Assembly: GCF_020745735.1 (NCBI RefSeq)
Contig: NC_083435.1
Span: 13,733,201 to 13,797,200, forward strand
DNA: 64,000 bases
Source of the DNA: Hemiscyllium ocellatum
Lineage: Eukaryota
Direction: 5' to 3'
Part shown: piece after piece, positions 12,470-25,841 of the stretch
Layout of the letters: each line of letters starts with the position of its first letter
Numbering within the stretch: position 1 is the stretch's first letter
Translations under genes and position numbers: made by a program
The notes under the pieces: generated by a model
Told to the model about the DNA's origin: nothing
Database searches by the model: none
Seen by the model: only the letters and a program-made list of their open reading frames with translations

Positions 12470-14070
12470 TAAGAGGTAACATAAAGTCTCAGTAAGGGTG
12501 ATGCTGTTAGTGTAGTGTGTGCGAAGATGTTTGATGTAATGCCACATACAAATATTTGAGGAAGTTATAGGTCATGGAATAAAATGGTCAATGCCAATGT
12601 GGATCTTAAGAAATGACTGGATGATAAGAAACAGAAAGTAATGGGAGATTTTTTTTAGGGCTGGAGGACAGTTTGTAATGGAAGTCCCAGGGACTGGTAT
12701 TGAAACCTCTACATTTCCTCGTTTGTATAAATTAGCCAAATCTTGGAGTGGGGAGGGCAATTTCTAAGTTTGCAGGTGACATGACACTTACAAGAAAGAG
12801 AAACTATGAGAAGGAGCGTGATGAACTGTAAAAGAACATAGACAAGTTGGCGGAGAGGGCCAATTGAATGTAGTTGAGTTTGGGTACAGTAAAATGTCAA
12901 ATGCCACGTATTGGTAGGAAGAACATTGAAATACATTGTAAAAATAGGGGGTGAAATTCTAAAAGGATACAGGAGCAGAGGGACTTCGGTGTTTACGTAC
13001 ACAGATCATTGAAGATATCAGATCAGTTGGAAAGAACACACAGTAAAGCAAAACTTTCCTCGACTTTATTAACAGGAAATAGAATGAAAGAGCCAGATGG
13101 GATAATGGCCTCATGTAAAATACTTGCTAGACGTCAGCTGGAGTATTGTGTACAATTCTGGGCGTCTCAGTATGGGAAGAATGTGAACGTATTGGAGAGA
13201 GGGTAGAAGCAATTTACATCAATGGTTCCTGGGATGAGGAACTTCAGTCGTTTAGATCATTTACAGTGTGGAAACAGGCCCTTCGGCCCAACAAGTCCAC
13301 ACCGACCCGAACCCACCCCCCTAAATTTATCCCTTCACCTAACACTACGGGTAATTTAGCACGGCCAATTCATCTAACTTGCACATTTTTGGACTGTGAG
13401 AAGAAACTGGAGCACCGGGAGGAAACCCACGCAGACACGGGGAGAATGTGCAAACTCCACACAGTCGGTCGCCTGAGGCAGCAATGCTAACCACCGTGCC
13501 GTAACTGGATAAGTTCAGCTCCAACAGTATTCAAAGAGCTCGGCACCACGGGAAAGACCTATTTGTTTGACACGCAAGACACCACCTTCAATATTCTGTC
13601 TTTTCGTCACTGATGCATCGTGCCAGCAGGGTCCATTTACAAGGTTCACTGCAGATCAGGAGTATTCTCCTTGGAGAGAAGCAGCTAAAGAAAGATCTGA
13701 TAATGGTTTTCAAAATCGGGAGCGGCCTGGATAGAGTAGATAGTAAGGAACTGTTCCTGCTTGGAAAAGGATCGAGAACAGAAGGAAACCGACTTAAAGT
13801 GATTTGTGAAAGAAGTCAGAGTAATATAGGGGAAAATATGTTTTCACTCAAGTGAGTAGTCAGGATGACGACTTTGCAACCGGAACGCACAATGGAGGCA
13901 GGTTCAATTGAGTCATTCAAGAGAGCACCAGCTGATTATTTGGATAAATGCAAAGTATTAGCGCATTGAGAAGGCAAGAGATTGGCAGTCGATAATGATG
14001 CTCATTCGAACAGCCGCTGCAGGTGCGATGGGCCAAATGGCTTTCTTCGGTGCCCTAAGACTTCCGCGAT
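12470..14070 (+). mobile_element. Degenerate CR1-like LINE interrupted at 13254-13654
   Basis: RT remnants (KFAGD, LEYCVQFWA, DLIMVFKI) resume after the inserted SINE and the duplicated segment. Confidence 0.75.
13254..13501 (-). mobile_element. HE1-like V-SINE with a deletion in the head, inserted in a CR1
   Basis: Near-identical to the copy at 56765-57048 except for the missing B-box segment. Confidence 0.85.
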
Positions 14071-17000
14071 TTGGCTAAAAATCCTGAAATAAAAGAGTAT
14101 CGTCATTTTATGAATGTATTCATCTTATCTGTTCATTCAATTCCCCTTACAATTGTGTAACAACAGCAGTTAAAATATGCATAACCAGAAAGCTGTCCCA
14201 TTGAGAAACTGGCTTTTCACACATTGTGAGTTCACCGCTGGTTTCTGGGCCCGAATGTTACAGTACATTTTACAATTGGGCAAAAGGAGTAGTGCTTTCC
14301 GAAGAACAGGAGTGAGCTCTGATTGCCCGTGCTATCCTTGGTAAATAAATTGAATTATGCTAGTATTCGCTCGGGATACAAAAGAAGGGAATCAAAAAAG
14401 TGGCGAATATTTGGATCAATCGTTCAATTGCAGCGATATTTTCCATCTAATTGGGCAGCTTCTCTCACGGCCTTTCTGCCTGTCTAGAGCCTGGTAACAA
14501 ATTGAAGTGGAGCCTTAGTTTTTTTTTTCAGAATCCTAAAGGGATTGCATGAAATCTCAGTTGCCACTTACCCCTCTGGCATTTAGTTTGATAGTTCTGC
14601 CGCGGCGCCGTCACTTTGTCGCAAGCTTTGCCTGCCAACGGGTGCCTGAGAGACAGCTCGGAGGTTTTACTGCTCTTTCTAATGTTGTTCTTTGAGCATG
14701 TCTCCAAGTCCTCCAGAAAATCCACATTTGCCCCACTCACCCATGTTCCCTTCAGCCGCTGTCCTCTTAGCTGAGCCAGTCAATAAACCCATTCCTCCAT
14801 GGTTTACCGATCATTTCAGCAGAAGTATCTCACTTACCCACGCATGACTGGCTGGTGAATCCACCAAGCTGGAAAACAATGAGAGTCACTCCTGGTTTCA
14901 CACCAGACGCAAACTGAGTTGGATGCAGACCCGACTGATTTGCATCCCAGGTCTGTCGACGGAAACCCCATAAACTGATATATGAAATAAAACGTGCATA
15001 ACTTTGTGGCGGCTGCATAAGAATAGTGGCCTCGCAATTATTTTTACCTACGAGTCTCGTTTTCTTTGCAACGCTGTAAAGGTCACAGAAGTGTTTGTTT
15101 TAACAGCCAAGCTAAGCAAGCTGTGAAACAGCCATTACCTCCAAGTCGACAAAGGAGAAACTTGTGCACACGGTGAATAAAGATGCGGCAAACCATTCAA
15201 ATATTCGATTTACTCGCGGTCTCAAACAGCTTCGCAGCGTATGCATTGGAAGTTATGCATTGCCTGGGCTTCAGTCCAAGAAAACCCTACCTAAATCGTT
15301 AACGTTCTTTTTTAGGTTGATTCTTAGTTCTAAAACAGAATTTGAAATGTCCAAAGGCTGAACTCAAATTGCCGCCTGGAAAAAAGGCATTGAGTGCGAA
15401 TAATCAGGCGAAAAGAGACATGTGTTGGAAAATATGTTCTTTCGTGCAGGAATCTTTTTTTTCTCTCTATGTGGTTGCAATTTGGTAGTTTTACGAGGGC
15501 AAGACTTGATATTCTAACATTTAAGGGAAAAGACTGCACCAAATGTGGATACAACTTTCAGTTTATTGGGACGTGTTAGACTCAACCCGTGACAGTGACG
15601 TGCAGAACAACTTTGAGATACCTCTACTTGAGTTACAAAGACTTCTGTTATTATGAAATCCAAGGAATCACAGCTTTTCCTCCGCATGCTGCAACAATTC
15701 GCTGAGGATACCCGGCGGCCTTTATGTAAGGACGTCTCAAACTAATACATAAACAGCGTCATAATGTGCCCATTGTTCTCCAGAGAGAGATTGCGTGTGT
15801 GTGCTGAATTTAAGGTTCTCAAGCGTCAGGAAGTGCTGTTCATAACTTTTCTTTTTAGAAAAGTCAATACTAAATGAAAGGTTTCTACTTGCTGTGAACA
15901 TAACATTAATTCAGATCATGTTAGCGGGCCCACAGTTATGAAATAGTTAACCTGCTGGGCTAGTAATCCAAAACCTGCATTACTGTTACTTACAATTGCA
16001 AGTCACCTCACCGCCAAAGCAAATAGCGCACGTGAGGAAATTGTAAGGAAAAATACAATATTGGATAAAGTGACTATGAATCAGTTCTAAAAGTACAACT
16101 GGTTTCCTAGTGACCTAAGGAGATAAGTAGAGAATTCCAGCTGTACTGAAACCCATATCCTAGCGAATACTTCTGACATATCCTAGCGAATACTTCTGTA
16201 CTATCAACCCTCTCTGTTCCAGGAATTCAAGCAAAAAGTCTGACAGCTTTTCAAGACAAGCAGCGTCAGCCACCAAATTTGACGTCTGCAAGGCAAAATT
16301 CTAATTTTCTGAATTAGGGTAACTGAGCAGGGAGGGAAATTATGTTTGTAGTTGTAGAGTTGGGTTCATACTGTTCGTTATTTTTCAATTACTAAGTGGG
16401 TTGAGCGAATGCACGCAATGTGCAAATTTTGCAGACGTCGCGAGGAGTATTATAAATAAGAACGTTGATCCGAAAATAATCATCGTACTCAGCAATGACA
16501 CCTTCAACAGACTTGGTTTCATTTAAATACAGACACGCACCATGCATCCATCACGTATACCAGGGTTGTAGATGTGAACCAATTAACGTGTGAAATGAAG
16601 AACTGAACAGCAGTAGCATTTCAATTCAATCGTGAAGACTTATGCAAAAACTTGATTGGACCATCACTATCATGAAATAGATTATGGGTAGAGGGAGTAG
16701 AGCAACAAGAAGATCTATAATAGCTATGATAGCTCTGACAAACTGCACAAAAGAGGATTTGATGCCTACAGCAGATCAGATATGCCCTTGTTAAATGGCG
16801 GGACGGGCTTGAGTTTATAGCCTGTTTCTGGTCCTAGTTCAACTCTCATGTTAGCTTTCAGGCAGCATTTTAAGCTTTTTTCACAAAGTTACACATCATG
16901 CACATTTTGTGAACACATTGTAATCAATGCATAGAGTGTGCTGACAAGATTTCAGTGCTTTCCATTCAGCAACCCACTGTAAATGAAACGCAACGCGATT

Positions 17001-19880
17001 TGAGAAAAGGCACCTTACTGTATAACAACGCCAAATTGGTTCTAAAAGTACGGTATTTGTTCACGTCAATAGTTCATTACTGCAGATCTAATTGTAGATT
17101 ACCTAAATAATTAAATTCATCCACATTGGCAGTCTATAATTCAGGGTGCACGTTGATGCTGAAAGTACAAATATATCACACCAACTGATTAAGACACAAA
17201 ATCCCACCACATCCAGATAATGTTTGGCCGTTAAACTTCTGTCTCCCTTGAAAGCAAATCATAAACCATAACCAAACCCATAAAAACAGAAACAATTTTT
17301 GAAATTTATCTGCATTTGCTGTTCAATCTTTCCAATCTTTACTTGTTTCTGGTTGGAACACCATCAATCGTTGATTGCATATGAAATTTCAGGCATTGAC
17401 ATCACCAATTCCTAGTTCTGGTGGAAAGAACGGGAATTCTGAGAGGAACAGTTAGGTACAACGGGAATTAAGTGTGCATCGGTAAAGTTGTGGCTGGCGA
17501 ACCACATGAAGAAGGGCAGAGTAAACGAAACCACTTTGTTCCAGGGGTTTGGAACATCAGTATCACGTGCAGCAGCGCCCTCTTGTGCCCTTCAATGACG
17601 AGTGCTGGCAAATTCTGACGGATCTGTTCAGTTGCATGCTGACAGTAAAGGCACTTAAAAGTGTAGAACGGTGGTATTATCACGAGACTATTAATGTAGA
17701 AATGCAATTCATGTTTTAGGGACCTGAGTTCGAAATTTATCATGGCACATAGTGAAATTTGTATTCTGATTTGAAAATCTGTACTTAAGAATCTACTGAT
17801 GACCATGAAAACATTATTATTTGTCGTGGGAAAATCCATCTGATTCACTAATGTCCATCAGGGAAGGAAATCTGTCATCTTCACCTGGTCTGGGCTACGT
17901 GCAACTCCAGTTCCACAGCAATGTGGTTGACTCTCAATAGCCCTCTAAATTGGCCTAATAAGCCATTCAGTTGTACCATACATTATAAAGTCTCCAAGAA
18001 ATGAAACTAGATGGATCACCTGACATCAACCTATGCACTGTAAAAGACAACGTCAGAAACAGTCCAGTCGACCCTACGCATTCTCCTCAGTAACGTCTGG
18101 GGGCTCGTGCCAAAATCGGTAGAGCTGTCTCACAGACTACTCAAGCAACAAACTAAGATAGTCATACTCACAGAACCACACCCAATAGACAATGTCTTTG
18201 CACCACCATCACCATCTCTGGAGATATCCTGCCCCACCGGCAGGACAGACCCAGCAGAGGTGGCGGTACATGGTATACAGTTGAAGGAGTCGACTTTGCA
18301 GTCCTCAACATTGACTCCAGAATCCATGAAGTCTCGTGGCTTCAGGTTAAACATGGACAAAGAAACCACCTGCTGATTACCACGTAGCATCCTCCCTCAG
18401 GTGATAAATTGGTACTTCTCCATGTTGAACTATACTTGGAAGAAGCACTGACAGTCGCAAAGGCACAAAATCTACTCTGGGTAGGGTATTTTAAAATTCA
18501 CTACCAACAGTGGCAGAGCATTACTGATCGAGCTGGTCGGTTGCTGAAGGATATAGCTGTTAGATTAAGTCTGCAGCAGGTGGTGAGGGAACGAACAAGA
18601 TGGAAAAAGATACTTGATCTCATCCTTTGACAAAGGGTCAGTTAGACTCGAAACGTCAGCTCTTTTCTCTCCTTATAGATGCTGCCAGACCTGCTGAGAT
18701 TTTCCAGCATTTTCTCTTTTGGCTGACCTCATCCTTGCCAATTTGCCAGCAGCAAGTGCATTTGTCCATCACAGCATTGGTAATAATGACCACCGCAAAG
18801 TCCTACATTCGCGTTGACAATAACCTCGATCATGTTGCGTGGTATTATCACAATGCAAAGTGGGACAGAGTTCAAACAGATTTATCAGCTCAACAATGGG
18901 CATCAGTGAGATACTGTGGACCATCAACAACAATAGAATTGCACTGGAGCACAATCTGTAGCCTCATGGCCCAGCATATCCCCCACTCAACCATTACCAT
19001 CAAGCTAGAGAATCAACTCTGGTCCAATGGAGAAGGTAGGATGACATGCTACGAGCAGCACCAGGCTTACCTGAAGATGAGGTGTCAACCTTGTGAAGTC
19101 ACCAAGCAGGACTTCCTGCGTGCCAAACAACAGCATAAGCAGCAAGCAATAGATAGCTCTAAGTGACCACACAACCAATGGATCAGATGTAAATATTGCC
19201 ATCTTGTCATATCTAATCGTGAATGGTGGTGGACAATTAAACAAGTCACTGGAGGAGGAAGCTCCACAAATATCTCCATCCTTATGATGGAAGAGCAAAG
19301 CACATCAGTGCAAAAGATAAAGCTGAAGATTTTGCAGCAATGTTCAGCCAGAAGTGTTGAGTGGATGATCTATCTCTTTCTCCTCCAGTGGCCCCAACAT
19401 TACAGGTACCAGTCTTCAGTTAATATGATTCACTCCACCTGACACCGAGAAACGATTGAAAGTATTATATGCTGCAATGACTATGAGCCCTGACAACATT
19501 CCAGCTGAGCTTCACAACTTTCTGCTCCCATAGCCAATCTATTTCAGTTTAGTTACAAAATGGCATCTATAAAACAATGTGAAAAACTCCCAAGTATATC
19601 CTGCAAATAAAAAGCAGGATAAATCCCACTCAACCAATTATTGCCCCATCAGTGTACTGTTGATCATCAACGAAGTGATGGGAGTTGTCATCAATAATGC
19701 TATCAAGCAGCACCTGCTCTGCAATAAACTGCTCAGTCACGCCCAATTTAGGTTCTGACAGGACCACTCAATTCCTGACCTTATTGAAGCCTTGGTTCAA
19801 ACATCGACAAAAGAGTAGAATTCTGGAGGTGAAGTGAGAGCAACAGTCATTGACATCAAGGCTGCATTTGACCAAGGTTA

Positions 19881-20745
19881 GAAATCACACAACACCAGGC
19901 TATAGCCCAACAGATTTATTTGGAAGCCTTAGCTTTCGGAGCACTGTTCAGTCATCAGGTGGAGTATAAGATCATAAGACACAGAATTTAGAGCAAACAA
20001 TTTACAGCGTGTTGCAACTGAAATTATGTATTGAAACAGATATGGATTGTTTATTAAGCGTCTCATATTTTAGAATGAACATGTTGGTTTCAGTTCTTTC
20101 ATATGTAAATCCCAGAACTTATTTTATAACGTTAGATTCTCAAGTGAATTTTAACAGTAGGTGCCATGTTAGTTCAGATAATGCATTGATGGTGTGAAGT
20201 GTCCTGTGTGAGGCTGTCTGTGCCCCAATGTTCAGACTGATTCTATTTCTAAAAAAAGGGGGGATTAACAGAACCTTACATGAATTCATGTAGTTTTAGA
20301 GCAAAATAAAATGTAATTATGCAAGTTCAAATTCACCCCACAAACTTGTATGCATGTACATGCATGCGAGTGTGTGTGTATGGGGTGGGTGGGGGGGAGT
20401 GGGATAAGTGTCTGTGAGAAGATGCGTGTGTGTGCATGTTTGTGCGAATGAATATGAGTGTAAAGGCGAAAAAGTCTGTGAGAGGGTGTATGTGTGGGTG
20501 TGTAGGTGGGAGCATATGAGAGAGAACTTGTGTATAAGAGAGTGTCTGTGTGAGTGTATGGGCCTGGAGGAGTGTGTGTCTGTGTGTGTATGTGTGTGAG
20601 TGTGTGTGTGTGTGTGTGTGCGTGCTCACGCACGTGTACAGGTGCATCCATGCGCTTATATATATGTGTGTGAGAGAATGTGTCGTGCAATGGGGTCAAC
20701 TGTAATGTGACATGAACCCAAAGTCCCGTTGAGGCCATCTTCATG
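19881..20745 (-). mobile_element. Penelope-like element 3' end with an internal TG-rich tract
   Basis: The minus strand at 20690-20745 resembles the C-terminus of a GIY-YIG-bearing PLE ORF (HEDGLN.D.GFMSHY, with a frameshift). It ends in the cacacaacaccagg terminal repeat with a degenerate hammerhead at about 19930-19960. Confidence 0.7.
20350..20680. repeat. Imperfect (TG)n-rich microsatellite
   Basis: Runs of tgtgtg visible directly, including a pure tract near 20600-20620. Confidence 0.9.
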
Positions 20746-22879
20746 TTCAAATGCAATAAGAACTGGGCTACTTCCAGGCTTGGGCTCACAAGTGGAAGGT
20801 AATATACAAATGCCAGGCTATTACTTCCACCGTAAGTGACAATCTAACAACCGCCTCTTGACATTCAATTGTTACCATCACTGAATCCCTCAATGTCAAC
20901 ATCCTGGAAGTCATCATACCAGAAACTCAATTGGACTCACCAAATAAACACAGTGGTTACATGAGCTGGTCAGAGGCGAGGATTGCTGTGGGGAGTAACT
21001 CATCTCTTGACCTCCCAAAGCCTGTCCACCATCTGCAAGGTATAAGTCTGGAGTGTGATGAAATACTCCCCATTTGCCTGGATGAAGACAGCCCCAGCAA
21101 CACCCAAGAAGCTTGACACTATTCAGCATGAAGCAGCCCACGTGATTACACTGCATCCACAATCATCCACTTTCTCCACCACCAACGCTCAATAGCAGCA
21201 GTGTGAACAATCTCCCAGATGCACTGCAGAAATTCACAAAAGATCTTCATACATCATTTTCTAAACCAATGACCACTTCCATTTAAAAGGACAAGGGCAG
21301 CCAATGTATGGGAGTATCACCACCATCCAGTTCCCCTCCAAACTACTCACTATCATGACTTGGAAATATATCAGCGTTCCTTCACTGTTGCTGGGTCAAA
21401 ATCCTGGAATTTCCTCCCTAATGGTGTTGTGGGTCAACCCACACCAAATGGACCATAGTGGTTCAAGAACGTAGCTCAATGCCACTTTTCTCAATAGCAA
21501 CTAGGAAATAAATGCTGGTCCAGCCAGTGACACCTACAAATGAATAAACAGACAGTTAAGAACAGATTGAGTGCACGTAGCTCTATGTGTTGTAGATGGC
21601 TAGATCAATGAGATATCATACGTAGGTTTTTTTGAAACAAAATGTTCAATATGCCAATCTAAGAATAATGAAAATGTGGCACAATAAAATGTAGTTATCC
21701 TCATGGACCACTGGGAGAGAGATGGCAGGTTTACTTCATTACTCTCAATTGTGGGTAGCATGGCAGCTATATTATTCGGTTGTGAGCTAAAGTCCTAGAT
21801 GAATGACCTAAGTTCAAGTCTCTCCAGTATTGCTGCAAAATTTGCTCCTTTGTTTTGGACAGGGTTCTGCTGATGAGTGCAAGACCAAAAGCGTCAACAA
21901 TATTCAAAATTCTGTGCTACAAAATGAATATTCGTTGGATTTAATTAATAAACATGTGACTTTTAAAAGTTAAAAATAGTTAATGGTGATAACGAGATTA
22001 TGTGATTATCGAATGAGCCATTTTCTTCACTAGTGTAAGTTATATAACCAACGAATGGTTAGAACACATAAGAAGATGGTTCAACCCATCATGTTTGTTC
22101 TAATTTCATAAAAGAGAAATGCAAACAATCTTACTTGTTTCCCATAGATCTGTGTTCAGTTACTTGTTTATCTCACTTTTGAAAACCTGCCTCAACCACA
22201 CTTACACGCAATGCTTTCCATGACTTAACCACGATCTGCGTTAAAAAATGCTTTCTTCATGTCGCCAGTTCTTCCACCAATCAGGTCAAATCAGTGTCTG
22301 CTGGTTCACTGAAGTTGTAAAGTGCCTTAGAGAATGAAATCTGTGTGGTATGATCTGAGTATGACTCCATGCACAAGACAAAGTTGCAAACTCTTAACTA
22401 TGGAAATGCTAAACATTGGGTTAAACTAATGAAGAGGGGTAATGTAATGTAATGAAAACATATGTCAGCGTATAGGGTTCCAGGCATGGCTTCTGCAATC
22501 CTATATGGAGTTCTAATTATCTACCCATGCGAGAAGCACAGAGGTAAATATCGAGCATGCACCTAGGTATTAACACTCAATTATCAAGCAAAGTTAATTT
22601 ATTTGTCTTACTTCCGTGGAATTTTAGAAATTTTAATAGAGAAATGGATCAATTTTGTATATGGCTGCCCTAGAGGTGGATCTTCTTCACACCTATGCTA
22701 GAATCCTATTGATCGACATCAATCAGCAAGGTGTTCCTTTGTGTTAATTGTTGTTAATTTCCCTCTAGGAGCAAGGCCTGTTCCAAAAGTTAACCCGGTA
22801 ACATACGAAGATATTTTAGTAAGTGGCAGCCTACGGATTGCTATTGTCTATAAACTGAGCTGATCCACCAGATATGGGG

Positions 22880-23440
22880 GCTGCAAGAGAAGGTCAGAAG
22901 GTTGGAACCGTGCATGCCATCAACTCGCCTCTTGACTCCCCAAAGCCTGCTGACTATCTTTAACTCATATAACCTGAATGCAATTTGACTTTCCTTATTT
23001 TCTTCGATGAGAGCAGCTCCAAAAACACTCAGCAGGTATCTTTTCATCACATAGACAAAACAACTTGCAGTATTGGTCCCAAAGCCACAAATATTAATTC
23101 CCTCTGCTACCACAACACAGTTGAAGTAACGTGTATTATCAATAAGATGCACTGCAGAAATTCATCGAGGCTGCTTAAACCTATGACCACTCGCACCTAG
23201 AAGAACATGAAACACTACTACATGTCAGTTCCCTTCAAATCCGCTTGCCATTGCTTCAGTACCACTGGATAGAATTTTGGAACTCCCAATCTCACAGTAT
23301 TGTGGGTGTACCTACACCAAATCCCCTGCAGAAATACAAGAAAGCAACTCATCACTACCTTTTCAAGACCAAACACGGTTTGAAAATAAATGTTGGCTCA
23401 GCCTGCAAAGTCCACATCCCCTGAATAAATTTAAAGAAAA
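22880..23440 (+). mobile_element. Old CR1/L2-group LINE 3' remnant
   Basis: cttgactccccaaagcctg...gagcagctcca...gatgcactgcagaaattca, shared with 21000-21560. Confidence 0.65.
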
Positions 23441-25841
23441 AGTCAAGTTCTTCAAATCTGGAATTAAATCAATAACACATTGGCTGCTTCAATTGCAAGT
23501 AAAATGTCTCATTCAGTATTTCAACGTTTGATTATAATACTTTACAATATCTATTCCAGAAGCCACTTCATTAAATCAATTGATCACACAAAAAAAACCA
23601 CAAAGATAGAAAATGCCGGAGAAAATCAGCAGATCTGGCACCACCTGATCGCTTCAAGGATCAATGGACTTGAAACATTAACATTGTTTTCTCTCACGGC
23701 TACAGCCAGACCTGCTGAATTTTCAACAATTCTTGTTTTTTTTTTGTGCTTCATATCTCCAGCATTTCCAGTTTATTCTAGGATCACATGTATAGTCTTG
23801 TTATTTGGAAATATTCAAATGCAAAACCTGATTGTACCATAAATATAACTAATTAATTGTAAATTAGTTTTTGATCTCATAACAAGACCTAACATTACTT
23901 TATTTAACTGCACTATTCCCCAGTTCCATCAAGCAAAAACACAAATATCTTTCGTTTTACTTTAAAAGAAAGCATTTCCTACGTTATTCTAAAACATATC
24001 AGGCAAATTTGCTATGCTTTTTAAAATTCCCCTAATATTACACACCCCAGTGAATGCAGGTCTGTTGCAATCTCATTCCATGACGATGTTGTCTCATTCT
24101 TTATGCATCTGATATATATAGTAGCCATTACAGAAGGCTAGTTGAAAGGAGGGCAAGGCTCGCAGTTAATCATTTCAAAATTTAGACATGTCAGGCATGT
24201 TAGAGAGGGACCCTACAGGCATGGATGAGTTGCATTGCTGATTAAGGAGAATGTCACAACAGTATTGCCAGGACATCTTGCAGGACTCATCCACCCATGC
24301 AACTTGGTAGAAGTTAGTGATCGAATGGATCATACTCGGCCACCTAATAGCAATCGAAATTAGAGGAACAAATATGTTAGCAAATCACGAAAAAATGTAA
24401 AAAACAACAGGATTGTTTTCGTGGGCAATTTTTATTTGCCAAATGTTCACAGGCACTGCCCCAGTGTCTGGAGTTTAGATAGGAGAGAATTTGTCAGGTG
24501 CATCCAAGATGGATTCTCGAAATAACAAGTAGATTGTACAATTAGGGAAAGGAACATATCAGATCTTCTGATGCAGAATGAGCTTAACCAGCTAATCGAA
24601 GTTCCAGTGAGGGAGCATTTTGGAAACAGAGATCATAATTCCATACATTTTAAGACAGTTATGGGAAAGGATAAGACCAGTCTCTGGATGGAATTGTTTT
24701 AATTGAGGAAGGCTAATTACGAAGGTATCCAGCAGGAACTGGATTGGGGCCAGTTGATCGAACATAAATCCACATCTGAGATTTGGCCATAGTTCAGGAC
24801 CAACATGCTCCTGTGAGGATGAAAGATAAGGGTGGAAAGATTTGGGAACCTTAAATAGTGAGAGATATTCTAAGTTTAGATGAAAGGCAAATGAGACAAA
24901 GGTTGTGAAACAGAAAACAAACAAGGCTCTTGAAGACTATAACAGAAATAGAAAAGAACTTTAAAAAGAAATTGGGAAGCACAGAGGAGGCCATGAAATG
25001 TCCTTGGCAGGTAGGATTGATGAGAATCCCAAGGCATTTTAAATGCATTTTGGGAACAAAACGATAAGTAGGGAAGGGGTACACAATGATAAGGGAGATA
25101 ATTTTTTTTATCGAGCCAGAGGAAATGGGTGTGTTTCTTGATGAATATTTTTCATCGGTATGCACCAAGGTGAACACATGGATGATGGTAACTTTAGAGA
25201 GGGTTTGTTGATACACTAAGACATGTCAATATTAAGCAGGACAATAAGGTATGTGAAAAACATAAAGGTAGATTAGTCTGCAGGATCGGATGGCATACTG
25301 AAGAAGGCATGGTGGCTCAAGCCTTGACAGAGACCTTTGTGTCCTCTTTAGCAACAAGGGAGGACCTGGAAGACTGGACAAGAGCCAAAGATGTGGCTTT
25401 GTTGAACATGGGGTACAGCAGGAAATTATCGGTCAGTGAGCCTCACAGCAGTGGTAGGGAAATTATTAGCAAAGACTCTGAGGGCCTGGATTTACATGCA
25501 TTTGGAAAAGTATTGACATATTAGGGATAGTCATCATGATTTTATGCAGGGAGTTGTATTTCATAAACTTGATTGAGTTTTTGAGTAAGTGACAAAGATG
25601 ATTAGTGAGGATAAGGCTTACGTGGACTTGATCTAAAGCATTTGTCAAGGTACCTCATGGCAGACTGGTCCAGAAGATCAATTTGCATGAGTTGCATAGT
25701 GAGTAAGCAAGTTTGATGCAAAATTGGTTTCGTCATAGAAGACAGGTTTGGACTGGTACTTTTCTGACTGGAGAAAAGTGACCTGCGGTGTTCCATAACG
25801 ATCAGTTCTGGGACCTCTGTTGTTTGTAGTATATATAAATG

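Larger units (their letters stand above)
17660..21560 (+). mobile_element. Long degenerate CR1/L2-group LINE with a tRNA-like 5' module, interrupted by a Penelope fragment
   Basis: tRNA-like head (gagttcgaaat B box) at about 17660-17990, AP-endonuclease remnant (NVWGLVPK...IVILTE) from about 18080, RT remnants to 19880, and the 3' end at 20750-21560. Confidence 0.7.

Noticed and set aside
16155-16200. 23-nt tandem duplication (catatcctagcgaatacttctg twice); similar 17-nt duplication at about 12046-12080
   Set aside because: Ordinary slippage-type micro-duplications with no associated feature.
20286-20789. His/Thr-rich 167-aa ORF and overlapping ORFs
   Set aside because: Translation of the TG microsatellite inside a Penelope fragment.
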